Shown: positions 12,380 through 25,202 of the stretch, piece by piece | Numbering within the stretch: the first letter of the stretch is position 1 | How the letters are laid out: every line of letters starts with the position of its first letter | Assembly (NCBI GenBank): GCA_043228905.1 | Contig: JBHGNT010000001.1 | Location: 22,692,001-22,756,000, forward strand | Reading direction: 5' to 3' | DNA from: Azolla caroliniana | Taxonomy: Eukaryota > Plantae > Polypodiophyta | DNA: 64,000 nucleotides | Notes under the pieces: model-generated | Told to the model about the DNA's origin: nothing | Databases searched by the model: none | The model's input: the letters and a program-made list of their open reading frames with translations, nothing else | Program-made: the position numbers and the translations under genes

Positions 12380-13259
12380 TGTCAATCTCCATCGGAGTCG
12401 GAGTATTCGCTGGAGGCGCATTATATGACTCCCTCAGAAAAGGTCTTGCTACCACTGAGGCGTAGGTGGGCTCAGATCTTTCCCTCGGCATCTGTAGTTG
12501 TCGTTCCGAACGTCGCTCAAAGAGGCGGTTGTCACATCTCACCGCGCGACTGATTGCTTTTGTTAAGGACTTTGGCTCTTCGGGGAAGGTCAAGAGTAAA
12601 TCCTTGACATCGTTGCGTAAACCATAACGGAATTGTTCCATCAACACTTGATCATCCCAAGGGATATCAGCGGCGAGTAGGCGAAAATCTGTAGCATATG
12701 CGGAGGCTGGATGGTCACCTTGGCGTAATCACCGAATTTTGTTGATTGCAGTCCTGATGCTATCAGTATCTCCGAAACATGCTTTAAACTCACCTAGAAA
12801 CTCTTCAAAATTGTTGAGTAACGGGGATTCCTTTTCTAATAGTGGAGCGAACCATGCCAACGCTGAGCCACTTAACAAAGTGCCTACTAAACCCACTCGT
12901 GATGCATCGGTGGGATACCGGGAAGGATGCATTTGAATAACTAATCGTACATGGTTAAGGAACCCTCTAAACTGCGATTGTGTTCCATCGAACTTCGTGG
13001 GAAGGCCAATCTTGGGTTCTTTATGAATCTCTTGTGTTCTGGGCCCTTGTTGTTGCATCGCTATGATGGTTGCTTCGAGTTGTTGCACGCGTAACGCAAG
13101 TTCCCCATGCTGTTGTTGCGTTTGCTGCTTTTCTAAGGAGATTTGCTGAAGATCCCCCAGCAACCATTGGTTTTCTTGTTCCAAAGCATGGAACTTCTCT
13201 TTCAAGCATTGAAATTCCGAGAAAACAGATTGATATTCTTCAGCGCTAACAGTGGCCAT
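12380..13259 (-). pseudogene. Gypsy A gag (rest of element deleted)
   Basis: PTKFDG..FRGF..LSGSALAWF..FRYGLR..PMEID, typical of Ty3/Tf1-like gag. Confidence 0.9.
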
Positions 13260-13332
13260 GGGATGAAAGAAAAGAGGAATAAGATATTAGTAGGAAATGA
13301 GAGAGATAGAAGGTAGGAAAATCGGTTCAAAT

Positions 13333-13764
13333 TGTCAGGAACAGTACTAAGACAGAGAAAGAATTAGTACTAAAAGAAGTATTAGTACTAAGAGAGGTGA
13401 AGAACTCTTGAGAGAAGGAAAGAGTGAGTGAGAGGGAGGGAGAGAGAGATTGAGAGAGAGAGAGAGAGTGATGATAAGAAAAGATATATATTATGTGAAG
13501 AAAATGTACAGTAGCTAGGAGGCTTAAGACTGGCGTTGAACCGATTTGGTTCGAAATAATGCCTTGTGCCTCCTTTTATAGTGTTCTAAGGAATATTCCT
13601 GAAGTTTCTAGAGTGTTCCAGAGAAATCTGGAATATACATCAATTTTCTATAATAAAACATAAATGAAAATAATATTCTATGTATTACAATGTATAGTCT
13701 AATGGTCAAGAGCTCGACCCATGTAGTATAAGGTCATGGGTTCGAGTCTTGCCATATCATGATA
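13333..13764 (-). mobile_element. Gypsy A LTR
   Basis: 432 bp; homologous to 10158-11540 minus the insert; right flank ATTGT. Confidence 0.92.
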
Positions 13765-14172
13765 ATTGTGAGCCCCATGAAGGCTACGTATGTAAATAGA
13801 CAGAAGTTGCGTAAGTATATATGCAACTAGGGCAAACATTAACGGGTAATAATAGATTGTGTGCAGAGAGCAAGAGTGTGTGAGAGACTAAGGAAGAGTC
13901 GTGCCATAGCTATGTGTGTAACAGCAGACGCGAAGAGCCCTGTGCGGCTGATGCACTCATGAGAGAGTGTTGTAATCTTCTCGTTATTGTATATCCACTA
14001 TTTGTATAGTGAAGAATCTGTTCCCGTGGTTTTTTTTTTCCCCCCGTTTTAGGGTTTCCACGTAAATCTCTATGTTTACTTCTGTTTATCTTGTCTTTCG
14101 TTATTTCTGCAATTCGTATTTCAGCGCGTAGTTTGTTCACTGTGATTTATATTCCGCAACGATTTCTCAACA
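13765..14172 (+). mobile_element. 3' half of the copia solo LTR
   Basis: Ends ttctcaaca; followed by TSD AGAAG; continuous with 11541-11707 once the inversion is undone. Confidence 0.85.
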
Positions 14173-14354
14173 AGAAGGTGCAACCATGGGTTTAATTTAT
14201 GAATGTACTCATCGTATGATAGAAGAAATAAACCACATTGAAGATGTAGATCATTTATTGCTTGATGAAATTCGGGGAATATGTATGCAAAGATGGACAA
14301 TACTACATTCACCATTGCATGCAACTTGCTTTATTTTGCATCCAATTTGGAGAG
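14173..14354 (+). pseudogene. hAT transposase piece 3
   Basis: ATMGLIYE..RWTILHSPLHATCFILHP. Confidence 0.88.
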
Positions 14355-14882
14355 GGGTCGAAGCACGCTACGATGTACTAGAAAAGTACTGTTTTTGGCC
14401 ACAAAAATTGTCAGTACTTTCAATACTGTTAGTACTGAATAATTCAGAAAAAAAATTAGAGAAAAAGAAAATCAATTTTGGAGAGTGGGGTGACTGTAGT
14501 ACAAGTGTCATTTACTGTAGAAGGAGTGGGGGGAACACGTGAGGAGATGTTCTTCCATTTTGGGGGCTATTTTCCCCTCATGTCGATTTTGGCGCTTCCC
14601 CTCACATCGTTTTGGCGCTTCCCCTCATACTCCTCTTCCTCTATCCCTCTGAGCTTTTCATCACAAACATCCATGTCACGTTTCTGATTTTCCTTCAATC
14701 TAAATCTCAGACATCCATGTTTGGTTGGAGAGTTTGAGTTGAGGATTTCTGTTTTTGTTAGGGTTTAGGTTGAGGTACAGAGACTATTCTGAGGGTTTAG
14801 GTAGCAGCCAATAGTGACTTCTTCGACAACGACTTTCATACTTCCACCGATTGCAGTTGATGTCGTGGTGATTTGGGGCTTT

Positions 14883-15097
14883 TTCCACCAAATCGAGGCG
14901 GCATATCCAACGCTCCCTCCACCATTGGAGGTTCCTTCCACCAAATCGAGGCAGCATATCCAACGCTCCCTCCACCATCGGAGGTTCCTTCCACCAAATC
15001 GAGGCTGCATATCGACGCTCCCTCCACCATTGGAGGTTCCTTCCACCAAATCGAGGCGGCATATCCAACGCTCCCTCCACCATTGGAGGTTCCTTCC
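14883..15097. repeat. 4 x 53 bp subterminal tandem repeat
   Basis: ttccaccaaatcgagg unit at 14883, 14936, 14989, 15041. Confidence 0.95.
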
Positions 15098-17099
15098 ATC
15101 CATTTTTTTATTTTCAGTACTAAAATGTTTCATTTCTTCATATTTCAGTACTAAATTTTTAGAATTGACATTTGTCATATTTGATATGTAATTCTAATGT
15201 TTGAAACAAAATATTTCTCACTTTGCAGGCCACATTTAAAAACATTTGATTGTGTTTTCTTGGTTGAGTCTATATAACATTAACTACTTTCGCAAGACAC
15301 TTAATTTTTGTGGATAAATCTAGTGACCGAATGGGGGTTCCTAACGAGAGTGAGTTGTCAAGTAACTCATGCATATCTGAAAGGACTAAGAGACGAGTGG
15401 TTCTTCACATAGTCCGTTATTTGGTAGAAATAACGAAGAGATTTAGTGAAGAGGATCGTAGGGATATTATCTGTAGAGTGTTACACCATCAAAGTTTGAA
15501 TGAAGACATGGAGAGAATAAAATTTAGGGACCAATGTGTTTCAGAAGAGATTGTGGAGTCTATGAAGTCATCCCTAGACTTAGTGAAAGGTGTAGAGAGC
15601 TTAGACAAACTTGCTGCAAAGAGGGCAGCCCTACACATGGTTGTGAACGGTGCGAGAGAAAAAATATATAGTGATACTAAAGTTGCCTTAGCCCTGGGTA
15701 TCCAAAGAAGGAACTTGAGGAAACATCACCGAAATATACACTCAAGCAAATTCAAGTGGCTGGGGTTGGGACGTAGACGATGATGTGATGCCTTATGTCA
15801 AGAGATTATTGAGAAAGTGGATTCATTTTGGGCCAAAAATACGCGTGTCTCACCAAATAAGAAGGACGTGTGTAGACAACGAATAAGTCAGGGTAAGTAC
15901 CAGATTCACCCTAGACACTTCTTGGAGATGATAGAGGTATTTCATTTTTTTATATCAATTCACATTCCATAACTTTGTGTTTTGACCAAGTGTATATTAA
16001 TGTTTGCTATATATATTGATTGATGTAGGCTGAATTGTACATGAACTTTAAAGACCAACATCCAAGCTTGACTGTTGGATTCCGCAAGTTCCAAGGTTTG
16101 AAACCATTTTATGTTAGAAAATTAAATGAGAGGAATACATGTTGTTGTGTGTACCATGTGAAGATGGACATGTTAAGGCTAGCAGTGAATGCAATGCGTA
16201 CTGATTCTAAGGGTATACACGGGGAATTATGTGTCTGCACTTGTGAGATTTGTAGACCAAATGGGGAGGATAATAGGTGTAATGCACGAAACATGACTTA
16301 TGCATCTGTTTCTGAGCTATGGAGGTCTTGTGTTTGTGAAAAAGAACCATCATGTGAGTGGCATCGTCGTACATGTCTATTAAGGACATGTAAGGTTTGT
16401 CCGCTACCATTATTTTGTAGGCAGGAGCTTGATTTGGGAAATAGTCATATCGTGAAATGGAAATATTTGGAGTATGTGACTGAAAATATTGGCAAGGGAG
16501 TTGTAACTAAGCGTATCAAGGAAGTATATAAGGAGACATCTACTGCTACCCTTGTCTTAGAATTTAAGAAACAACTTGGGGTGTTCATTCCACATAACTT
16601 CCGGAGTTATTGGCAAAATTCACAGTTCAAGGATTGTATTAGTAACTTACCAACGGGTGTCATCGTATCTGTTATTGATTTTGCAGAAAATTATACATTT
16701 TAAGTTCAAAATGAGGTTCAATCAATGCACTGGTACAATGATCAATGTACAATACTTGTACATATTTGCTATTGGAGGCAAGACGGTGAGTTACATAAGA
16801 AATCAATATTTTACATTTCCGATGATAAAAAGCATAATACACTATTTGTTCAACATTGTTTTAAGCTTCACCATGCAGATTTATTTTCTCTAGGGTTAAC
16901 CTTTAACCGTCATTGGGTTTGGTCTGATGGTGTTGCCTCGCAGTTTAAGGCGGCACGATCGTTCTACTTTATCGCCAAGTAATTTTTAATCCATATGTTT
17001 AGTACTTATCATGCAATGTGTAAGGAAGTAATTCTTGTGTTAGTGGATGCATACTAATTATGTTTGTAACTATTAACAAACAGTACTATTCACATGGAT

Positions 17100-18350
17100 G
17101 CATACTAATTATGTTTGTAACTATTCGAATCTTGCACTATAATATGTTGTGTGTTGTATCTGTACTAAATCAGTATTTACTGAAGGATGTAAAGTACTCG
17201 TATTGTACTCTATAGTATTGTCCGTCCTTAAGAGAATTGTACTAAGTAACTTTTAATCCATGTGAACTGTTCTCCATAGACACATTGTACTATGTTGTGT
17301 TTAAAGAAGGATGTAAAGTACTCATCTTGTACTCATAGTATTGTCCGTCCTTAAGAGAATTGTACTAATTATCTTTTTATCCATGTGAAGTGTTCTCCAT
17401 AGACACATTGTACTATGTTGTGTGTATAGAAGTATGTAAAGTACTCATATTGTACTCAGAGTATTGTCCGTGCTTAAGAGAATTGTACTAAGTATCGATT
17501 AATCCATGTGAAGGGTTCTCCATAGACACATTGTACTATGTTGTGTGTTGGTTCTGTACTATGTTGTGTTTACAAAAGGATGTAAAGTACTCATCTTGTA
17601 CTTAGAGTATTGTCCGTCCTTAAGAGAATTGTACTAATTATGTTTTAATCCATGTGAAGGGTTCTCCATAGACACATTGTACTATGTTGTGTGTTGGTTT
17701 TGTACTATGTTGTGTTTACAAAAGGATGTAAAGTACTCATCTTGTACTTAGAGTATTGTTCGTCCTTAAGAGAATTGTACTAATTATGTTTTAATCCATG
17801 TGAAGGGTTCTCCATAGACACATTGTACTCTGTTGTGTGTTGGTTCTGTACTATGTTGTGTTTACAAAAGGATGTAAAGTACTCATCTTGTACTTATAGT
17901 ATTGTCCGTCCTTAAGAGAATTGTACTAATTATGTTTTAATCTATGTGAAGGGTTCTCCATAGACACATTGTACTATGTTGTGTGTTGTATCTGTACTAT
18001 GTTGTGTTTACAGGAGGATGTAAAGTACTCATCTTGTACTCATAGTATTGTCCGTCTTTCAGAGAATTGTACTAAATCAGTATTTACTCATGTTGTACTC
18101 ATAGTATTGTACTTATCTTGTACTCATCTTTTAAACACACTGTGTGGTACTGATTATCTATTAATCAATGTTTAGCGTTCTCCATGAACACATTGTATTG
18201 TACTATGTGTTGTATCTATACTAAATCACTGTTTATTGGGGGATGTAAATTACATGTCTTGTAGTACTAATGATCTTTCAAGGAGGGTTGTGTTCTCCGT
18301 GGACACATTGTACTGTACTATCCGATATTGAACATTTTGTACCGTTGTGC
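17100..18350. repeat. Tandem array of 123-146 bp units inside transposase intron 2
   Basis: ccatagacacattgtact recurs at 17274, 17397, 17520, 17666, 17812, 17958. Confidence 0.93.
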
Positions 18351-19125
18351 TATGCTTTGTTTTATATTTGTACTAAATCAGTATTAATGGAAGTGTAGTA
18401 CTCTCAATTGACAACATAGTACTAATTTTGTTGGAAACCTGAGATACCAAAGCAGGTATTTCTCCTTATTCAATATTCGTATGCAATGGAATTACTTCAG
18501 GTTTGGACATGGAAAAGGAGAGCATGATGGCGCGGGGGCTGTGATCAAACGTTGTCGTGAAGATTTTCGGCAATAGTGTGAAAATCCCATAAAACGTACG
18601 AAATCGAGTATGAATCACGTAATACAATAATTGTGAAGATAACATTTTTAATATCTAAGTACAAAATGATGGAGGTTTCAAATGCACTTTATTACACGAG
18701 AAATGGACAACTAAATGTCAAGATAAGAGGGTATAAAGTTTGTGAAAAGAAAAGAGAAAATTGTGAGATATCCCACACAGGCATGACAAATACGGCTCTC
18801 ATCATATATAAGGTGGAGCAAAAGATATTATCTTTGTGTCTATGTGTGGAGCATAGAGAGTTCAAGGTAACTTGAACTAAGAGTGGAGGTGGCTAGCTAC
18901 TCGTAAAGGGTTTTGGCCAACCAAAACTGGACCGGCGATGGAGCCGGTGATCCGACGGCGGCATCCGGCACCGGTATCCGGCGAGGCACCGGTAACCGAC
19001 GGCATCTGGCATCCAGCACCGGTATCCGGCGTCGCCATCCGGCGGCGGCACCGGTATCCGGCGAACCGGCGTCCGGCGACTAGATAAATAAATATATAAA
19101 TATATATACATATTTACATATACAA

Positions 19126-19196
19126 GGAGGGCAAGTATGGATTTGAACCTTGCACCTCCAAGTAAGGAGTCAATTGGCTTACCATTAAGCCATGCT
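19126..19196 (-). promoter_or_regulatory. tRNA-like Pol III A/B-box module in gypsy B LTR (antisense); copy at 22785-22855
   Basis: A box TGGCTTAATGG with perfect GCTT/AAGC D-stem; B box GGTTCAAATCC; 43 nt spacing. Confidence 0.75.
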
Positions 19197-19602
19197 ATTT
19201 AGTTGAAATTATATTTCTATCATTGTACTTTTACATGTAAATTCTCATACATGAGAGCTAAAATGAGTGACATGGTTATCATGCACCACATGTAATACTT
19301 AAGCGCCAAATGGCAAACATGCAATTTATGCATATCTTGTACCCTCACATGCATCATATGCATGAGAGCATCTATAAAAGAGGGAAGGGGGAGGAGAAAA
19401 AACACGGTTTTTTTTAATGAAAATAAAGAGGAAGAAATTCGTTATCAAATTGATCGTGTAATCTCAACTTCTCTCTTTCCCAATCTATCTTAAGTACTTT
19501 CTCGCCAAAGCTTGTATCGACTCTAAATCCTTCTGGTCCAGAACCCCGGCGGTTCCGCCTCACTATCCGCGCGTAGTGACGGATCTTCACGACATAATAA
19601 AG

Positions 19603-19619
19603 TGGTGAACCCGACGTGA
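19603..19619 (+). promoter_or_regulatory. PBS complementary to tRNA-Trp 3' end
   Basis: TGGTGAACCCGACGTGA, 8 nt after the LTR; matches recalled plant tRNA-Trp 3' end. Confidence 0.8.
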
Positions 19620-19655
19620 AAGAGGTGGTAGGAAGGATCAAGTCGAGATTAATAC

Positions 19656-22139
19656 TTGGAGATGGCGTCCTCAAGCAACCAAGCAGGAGAGCTCGAAAGG
19701 ATGATGCTAATCGTCGAGGAAATGATGAGATCTCGGGACAACGACGCGAGCGTGGGGAAGGCTGTCGATCGTGTCGTAGAGCTCGAGGGCCAATTCGATG
19801 GAAGGAACGTTACGAAGTTCCTTGATGCATATAGAAGGGAGATGAATCAGAGGGACATGTCTGAGGCACGTCAAATCGCAAGCTTCAAGAGAGTTGTCAC
19901 CAACAACATCCAAAGACGCGTCATCGAGCTTCAAGAAGGTAAGACAACATGGTCCGAGTTCGAGAAAACGATACTAGCAGAGTTCGTGACTGAAGACTCA
20001 ACGAGGATGACTCGACATGCCCTGATGAAGTGGATAGAGAAGAAGAATAAGAAGATGAGCGTCTCGAGGGTGTACGACGAATTCGACCAGATGTTTAGTC
20101 GTCTCCCCAATACGGACCAAGTGTTGCTTGAAGAGGACAAGACTTTGTACTTCTTGAAGGCCGTGGACATAAAGGATAGACGAGAGTTGGGGACTCTTCT
20201 CGAAGATGATACCCAAGCAAATGGGCTTGTAGCGGACTGGATCGCGGTGAAGCGGGCATGCAATAGGCTCGACAAGCGTTGCCAATGGGTTGATGACACC
20301 GACTACCACGGAGAAAGCAAGACCGCCGAAAGTAGCTGAGCCGCTGAGACAAAGTAGCGTGGAAGAAAAGAAGATTGATGAAGACATCATTGAAGAGCTA
20401 GCGAAGAAGTTCGAGAAGGTCACGCTAGCCAACATGAATCGTCGGGGCCCTAAAGGAAAAGAACCCTTTAGATGTGTGTGGTGCGATAGCATGGACCACA
20501 TGAGAAGGGATTGTGCGAGCCTTCGAGAGGCGATTCGACAAAATATCGTATACATAGAGGACAACATGATCTGCTCAAGCGAGACTAGAAGACCCCTACG
20601 GGTGAATTTCGGAAGAGGAGGAATGAAGAAATCTATGGAGGATGCCGATGCGACTCATGTGGATGCGATGCACTATGCTGCGTCGGCCGGAATAAGAGTC
20701 GGGAAAGACAAGACTGAAGCTGCTAGAGCGGGAGCAAAGTTTTGGACTTCCGTTCTCGAATATGAGAAGAAGGGAAAAATCACATCGAACGAGGTAGAGC
20801 TTGCGGAGCGAAGCGTGCAAAGCATAACCGGGTGGTCGGATCCGGTGGACAACAACACCATACTCGCAGAGGTGATGTGCGACAACCACGAGGTGTTCGT
20901 CGAAGAAAAGAGAAAGAGAATAGAAGAGCAAGGCCCATCAAAAAGACATGAAACAAGGAACGCGAAAAAGAAGGACGATGCGGAGACGAGTTGACCTTTA
21001 CAAATGGAGGAACGAGAATCAAGCCGAAAAGGGGAGCCAAGCATACGAGTTGAAGAAACGGTTCGGCCCGTGAAGGTTGGTGTCGAAGACCCCACACGGA
21101 GGACAAGGACCATACCTACCTATAAGCTAAGGTCGGACATAGAGCAGACGACGGACCTAAAGAAGATTCTCGAAGAACGAGTTCTTGATAGCCACGTAAC
21201 TTTGTCCTTGAGGGAATTGCTTGGCATTACGAAGAAGGAGTTCCATGACACGATCGTGGACCTTGTAAAGAGAAAGAGACAACAATCGAACGAGGAAGAA
21301 GAGAAGCCGCAAAAAGCAAAAACGAATGCCATAACGATGGCAAGAGACGAAATCGATGAAGATATGGTGGACAACCACTACACTCGACCTCATTGGACGC
21401 GCACGAAGCGACGGAGCTCTTCGAAAGACTAGGCGTGAAGCTCTCCCTCACGACTGCCTACAATCCGGAAGCAAATGGGAAGATCGAGCGAGGGCATGGA
21501 CCTATCGTTAAAGCCATCGTACGGGCATGCAACGGTCGAGTTGGGAATTGGCCACGACTATTACCCTATGCCTTGTGGGCCGATAGAATGACACATAGCT
21601 CGGTGACAGGGTATATGCCGACGGAGCTTATGTATAGACAAAAGCTGATTATGCCCATCGAAAGGACGATCGCCTCATGGGTAGCGATACCGTGGGAGAA
21701 CGAGATGAGCCGAGAAGAGTTATTAGCGGCGCGGATAAGGCAACTTGAAAGAAGACCTGAAGATTTAGAAAAAGCGCGAAAGATGATGAAGGCAGCCCGA
21801 GTAAAGAACAAAGTTCGGTTCGACAACACGCATCGACTTCGTCCCAAGAAGATTGAAGAAGGGGATTGGGTTTTGGTTTACGACAGCACCCTTGACAATC
21901 AACATAGTACAACAAGGAAGTTCGCAAGAAGATGGTTCGGGCCGTATGTGGTGACAAGTGCCAACGATAATGCCACATACCACCTTGCGGAACTAGACGG
22001 ATCAAGGTTGGCCGTACCCATTGCAGGAAAAAGAGTAAAGCTCTTCAAGAAAAGACAAGACAAGGATCCTGACCTCGATTACCTCGATGATGAACATAAT
22101 AGGCCGGATGAAAATGAAGACATGGAGGAATCTAATTGA
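19656..22139 (+). pseudogene. Gypsy B gag (frameshifted) joined to integrase C-terminal half
   Basis: FDGRNVTKFL, CVWCDSMDH..DC knuckle; TTAYNPEANGKIER..YALWADR..RWFGPY; no PR, RT or RH. Confidence 0.88.
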
Positions 22140-24181
22140 TCATCGTAGCCGAGATCTCACTTCTTCTCTTCTTGGCACGTACCGGAGGATGTGCGGTTTG
22201 GTGGGGGTGGATGTCGTGAAGATTTTCGGCAATAGTGTGAAAATCCCATAAAACGTACGAAATCGAGTATGAATCACGTAATACAATAATTGTGAAGATA
22301 ACATTTTTAATATCTAAGTACAAAATGATGGAGGTTTCGAATGCACTTTATTACACGAGAAATGGACAACTAAATGTCAAGATAAGAGGGTATAAAGTTT
22401 GTGAAAAGAAAAGAGAAAATTGTGAGATATCCCACACAGGCATGACAAATACGGCTCTCATCATATATAAGGTGGAGCAAAAGATATTATCTTTGTGTCT
22501 ATGTGTGGAGCATAGAGAGTTCAAGGTAACTTGAACTAAGAGTGGAGGTGGCTAGCTACTCGTAAAGGGTTTTGGCCAACCAAAACCGGACCGGCGATGG
22601 AGCCGGTGATCCGACAGCGGCATCCGGCACCGGTATCCGGCGAGGCACCGGTAACCGACGGCATCTGGCATCCAGCACCGGTATCCGGCGTCGCCATCCG
22701 GCGGCGGCACCGGTATCCGGCGAACCGGCGTCCGGCGACTAGATAAATAAATATATAAATATATATACATATTTACATATACAAGGAGGGCAAGTATGGA
22801 TTTGAACCTTGCACCTCCAAGTAAGGAGTCAATTGGCTTACCATTAAGCCATGCTATTTAGTTGAAATTATATTTCTATCATTGTACTTTTACATGTAAA
22901 TTCTCATACATGAGAGCTAAAATGAGTGACATGGTTATCATGCACCACATGTAATACTTAAGCGCCAAATGGCAAACATGCAATTTATGCATATCTTGTA
23001 CCCTCACATGCATCATATGCATGAGAGCATCTATAAAAGAGGGAAGGGGGAGGAGAAAAAACACGGTTTTTTTTAATGAAAATAAAGAGGAAGAAATTCG
23101 TTATCAAATTGATCGTGTAATCTCAACTTCTCTCTTTCCCAATCTATCTTAAGTACTTTCTCGCCAAAGCTTGTATCGACTCTAAATCCTTCTGGTCCAG
23201 AACCCCGGCGGTTCCACCTCACGATCCGCGCGTAGTGACGGATCTTCACGACAACATGCCCTTACAAGTGAGCAGTTGGATAATAATGGTGCTAAGTTAC
23301 AAAATGCACATGATGTTGTGCAGTGGCTAACATGGAAGATGTCAAATGATGGGAAGAACAGATTGTTTGTTGAAGTTCGCGCTGATGAACTAAATCATAT
23401 GGTTGTAAAACCGTGAAAGGCACACGTAGCACCCATTGTGTGTTAGGGTTTAGCCGCAAGGACACAACACAATTGTTACTCCGTAGTTTATCATGCTTTT
23501 GTTCCATGTGTCTAGATGAAGCTTGGGATAAATGCATCAACCTATCAATCGTGGAGCCCTGGAAGCTGTAGAAGCTTGAGCCTGAACGACAAGATGATAT
23601 TGAAGAGGATGTGCATTCAAACGATATTGTATACTACAACCAAAATCAAGACTTGGCAGTTTTATTGGAAGTTGGAGATCATTTTGCAGTGCTCAAATCT
23701 CCTCAGAATGAAGATTTAGAAGACTACTACATTGTGGTGTGCAAGCAAGGAAAGACATTATTGAAAGAAGTGGTGAGGGATGGTTGGGGCAACAATTTCA
23801 ACGTTGGTGAGTCTGTCGTGTATGGAAACTATTATGCAATGTTGCCGCAGTGCAAGAACACATATGCATTACTAAAAGAAGCACCCATCGCAATAATCTA
23901 CGTTGATGCCATTCTTGCGATCAAATTCAATATGACTCAAGCAAAGCACAAGGTTAAGGGATACAACACTGTCTACAAGGTCCCCCAAGAGGTTCATGAG
24001 CACATATTAGGGGAGGTCTCTCTATTTAATGCTTGAAAGTCACCCTATCAATACATTGTACCAAAAAACTGAAAAACATCCATTTGGAGTTCACTATTAA
24101 TTTTGATGATTGACAAATGAATTGATATATTTCGTCTTTCTTCTAAAGTGTTTATGCCTCTCAACCACTTCTACTTATCTT

Positions 24182-25059
24182 TCATAATATATTAGTTGTT
24201 GTCAACAGGACTTGGATTTTTTCATTGCCGATATTGCTCATGTTTCCTGATGTTATTTGAGCATAGAAGTTTTGCAGAGCCATGTTAAAATGAGTAAAAA
24301 TATTGTATATCTTCTTGATAAAGTCTAGATTCATAAGAGTTGGCGTGTCCTCTGTTGGCACATAAATATGCTCTTCTTTTGCTACCAAGAGAAGATTGTT
24401 AGTTGAATTCATTAAAGACTTTAATATTGTAAGATTTTCTACTGTAAGTTCATTCTTCAAAGGGAGCGATGAATTCTGTGAAGACAACAAAGAAAATTAT
24501 TCTCTCAGAATCCTTTTTTGTTTCATGATATGTCTTGTGAAGCCATTTGAGTTTTAACTTCTTGTATATAAGTCCTGAATATCCAGGCTATGGATTTTAA
24601 AGTACAAACCTTCCTTTCCTTAACAAAATAATCCAACTCCTGAAACAATCATTTGTGATAGCTCAAAAAGGTAAGTGTTTCCTTACTACTGTTAGTGGAT
24701 GGTTCATCCTTTGGGATGATATCATCAAAATATGGCCCACATTGCTTCAACAATTTGCACACATTCTGGTTACCCTCCAAATGGGATTGATGAAACAGTC
24801 TATACTTCAGTATATCTTCAATAACACCCGATATTTTCTGTTTCTCGTCATCAACACCTGAAAACTTAAATTTTCCTAGCAAGCTAAGAAGACTTTCAAG
24901 CATTTTATCTACAACAGACTGAAAGACTTTGCGAGGATTAGGAGATGATCTCAAAAAAGAAACAAAACGTTGTAAAATAAGAATACTTAGATCAAAAAGT
25001 ATATTCCCATTGTTTTGATATATGTTGACGAGCAAAATACAGAAGCTATCCTTAAACAT
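24182..25059 (-). pseudogene. Captured host gene fragment resembling plant URB2/Npa2 (nucleolar ribosome biogenesis factor)
   Basis: FLRSSPNPRKVFQSVVDKMLE..IEDILKYRLFHQSHLEG..SYHK and NNLLLVAKEEHIYVPTED..LDFIKKIY resemble recalled plant Urb2 segments; not searched. Confidence 0.55.
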
Positions 25060-25202
25060 GAACTTGATTTCACACTGGTATAACTATTTCAAATTCATGA
25101 ACTGGATTTTTGACATTGGCAATTGAAACAGTATTTTGGTATCCAAATAGTTCAATTTCAGACATCACTAACAACTAAAGTTCAAGTACAATCGAAAGAC
25201 AA

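Larger units (their letters stand above)
18553..23253 (+). mobile_element. Gypsy LTR retrotransposon B, internally deleted (gag plus integrase C-half), Phygy-like
   Basis: 1042-bp LTRs 18553-19594 and 22212-23253 with about 5 differences; PBS tggtgaacccgacgtga; PPT ggtgggggtgga; 4-bp TSD ACGT/ACAT. Confidence 0.95.
15310..24036 (+). pseudogene. Spliced DDD transposase (Sola2-like), interrupted by gypsy B
   Basis: Cys-rich region, then IDFAENY.F..QNEVQSMHW, ISDDKKH, WSDGVASQFK, GHGKGEHDGAGAVIKR; GT-AG introns 15937-16028 and 16979-18455 keep the frame; several stops. Confidence 0.8.

Noticed and set aside
12000-12647. ORF fusing gypsy gag to hAT catalytic domain as a novel chimeric gene
   Set aside because: Explained by a deletion at TGACA next to the GCACT TSD; both partners contain stops
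14883-18350. Repeat arrays as CRISPR-like
   Set aside because: Plain tandem units without unique spacers, eukaryotic context, no cas genes
19126-19196. Functional tRNA genes in LTRs
   Set aside because: Acceptor and anticodon stems do not pair; only the boxes and D/T-like arms persist, so they are called tRNA-like
18633-23064. Duplicated small ORFs (80, 72, 61 aa)
   Set aside because: Incidental frames within the two LTRs of gypsy B
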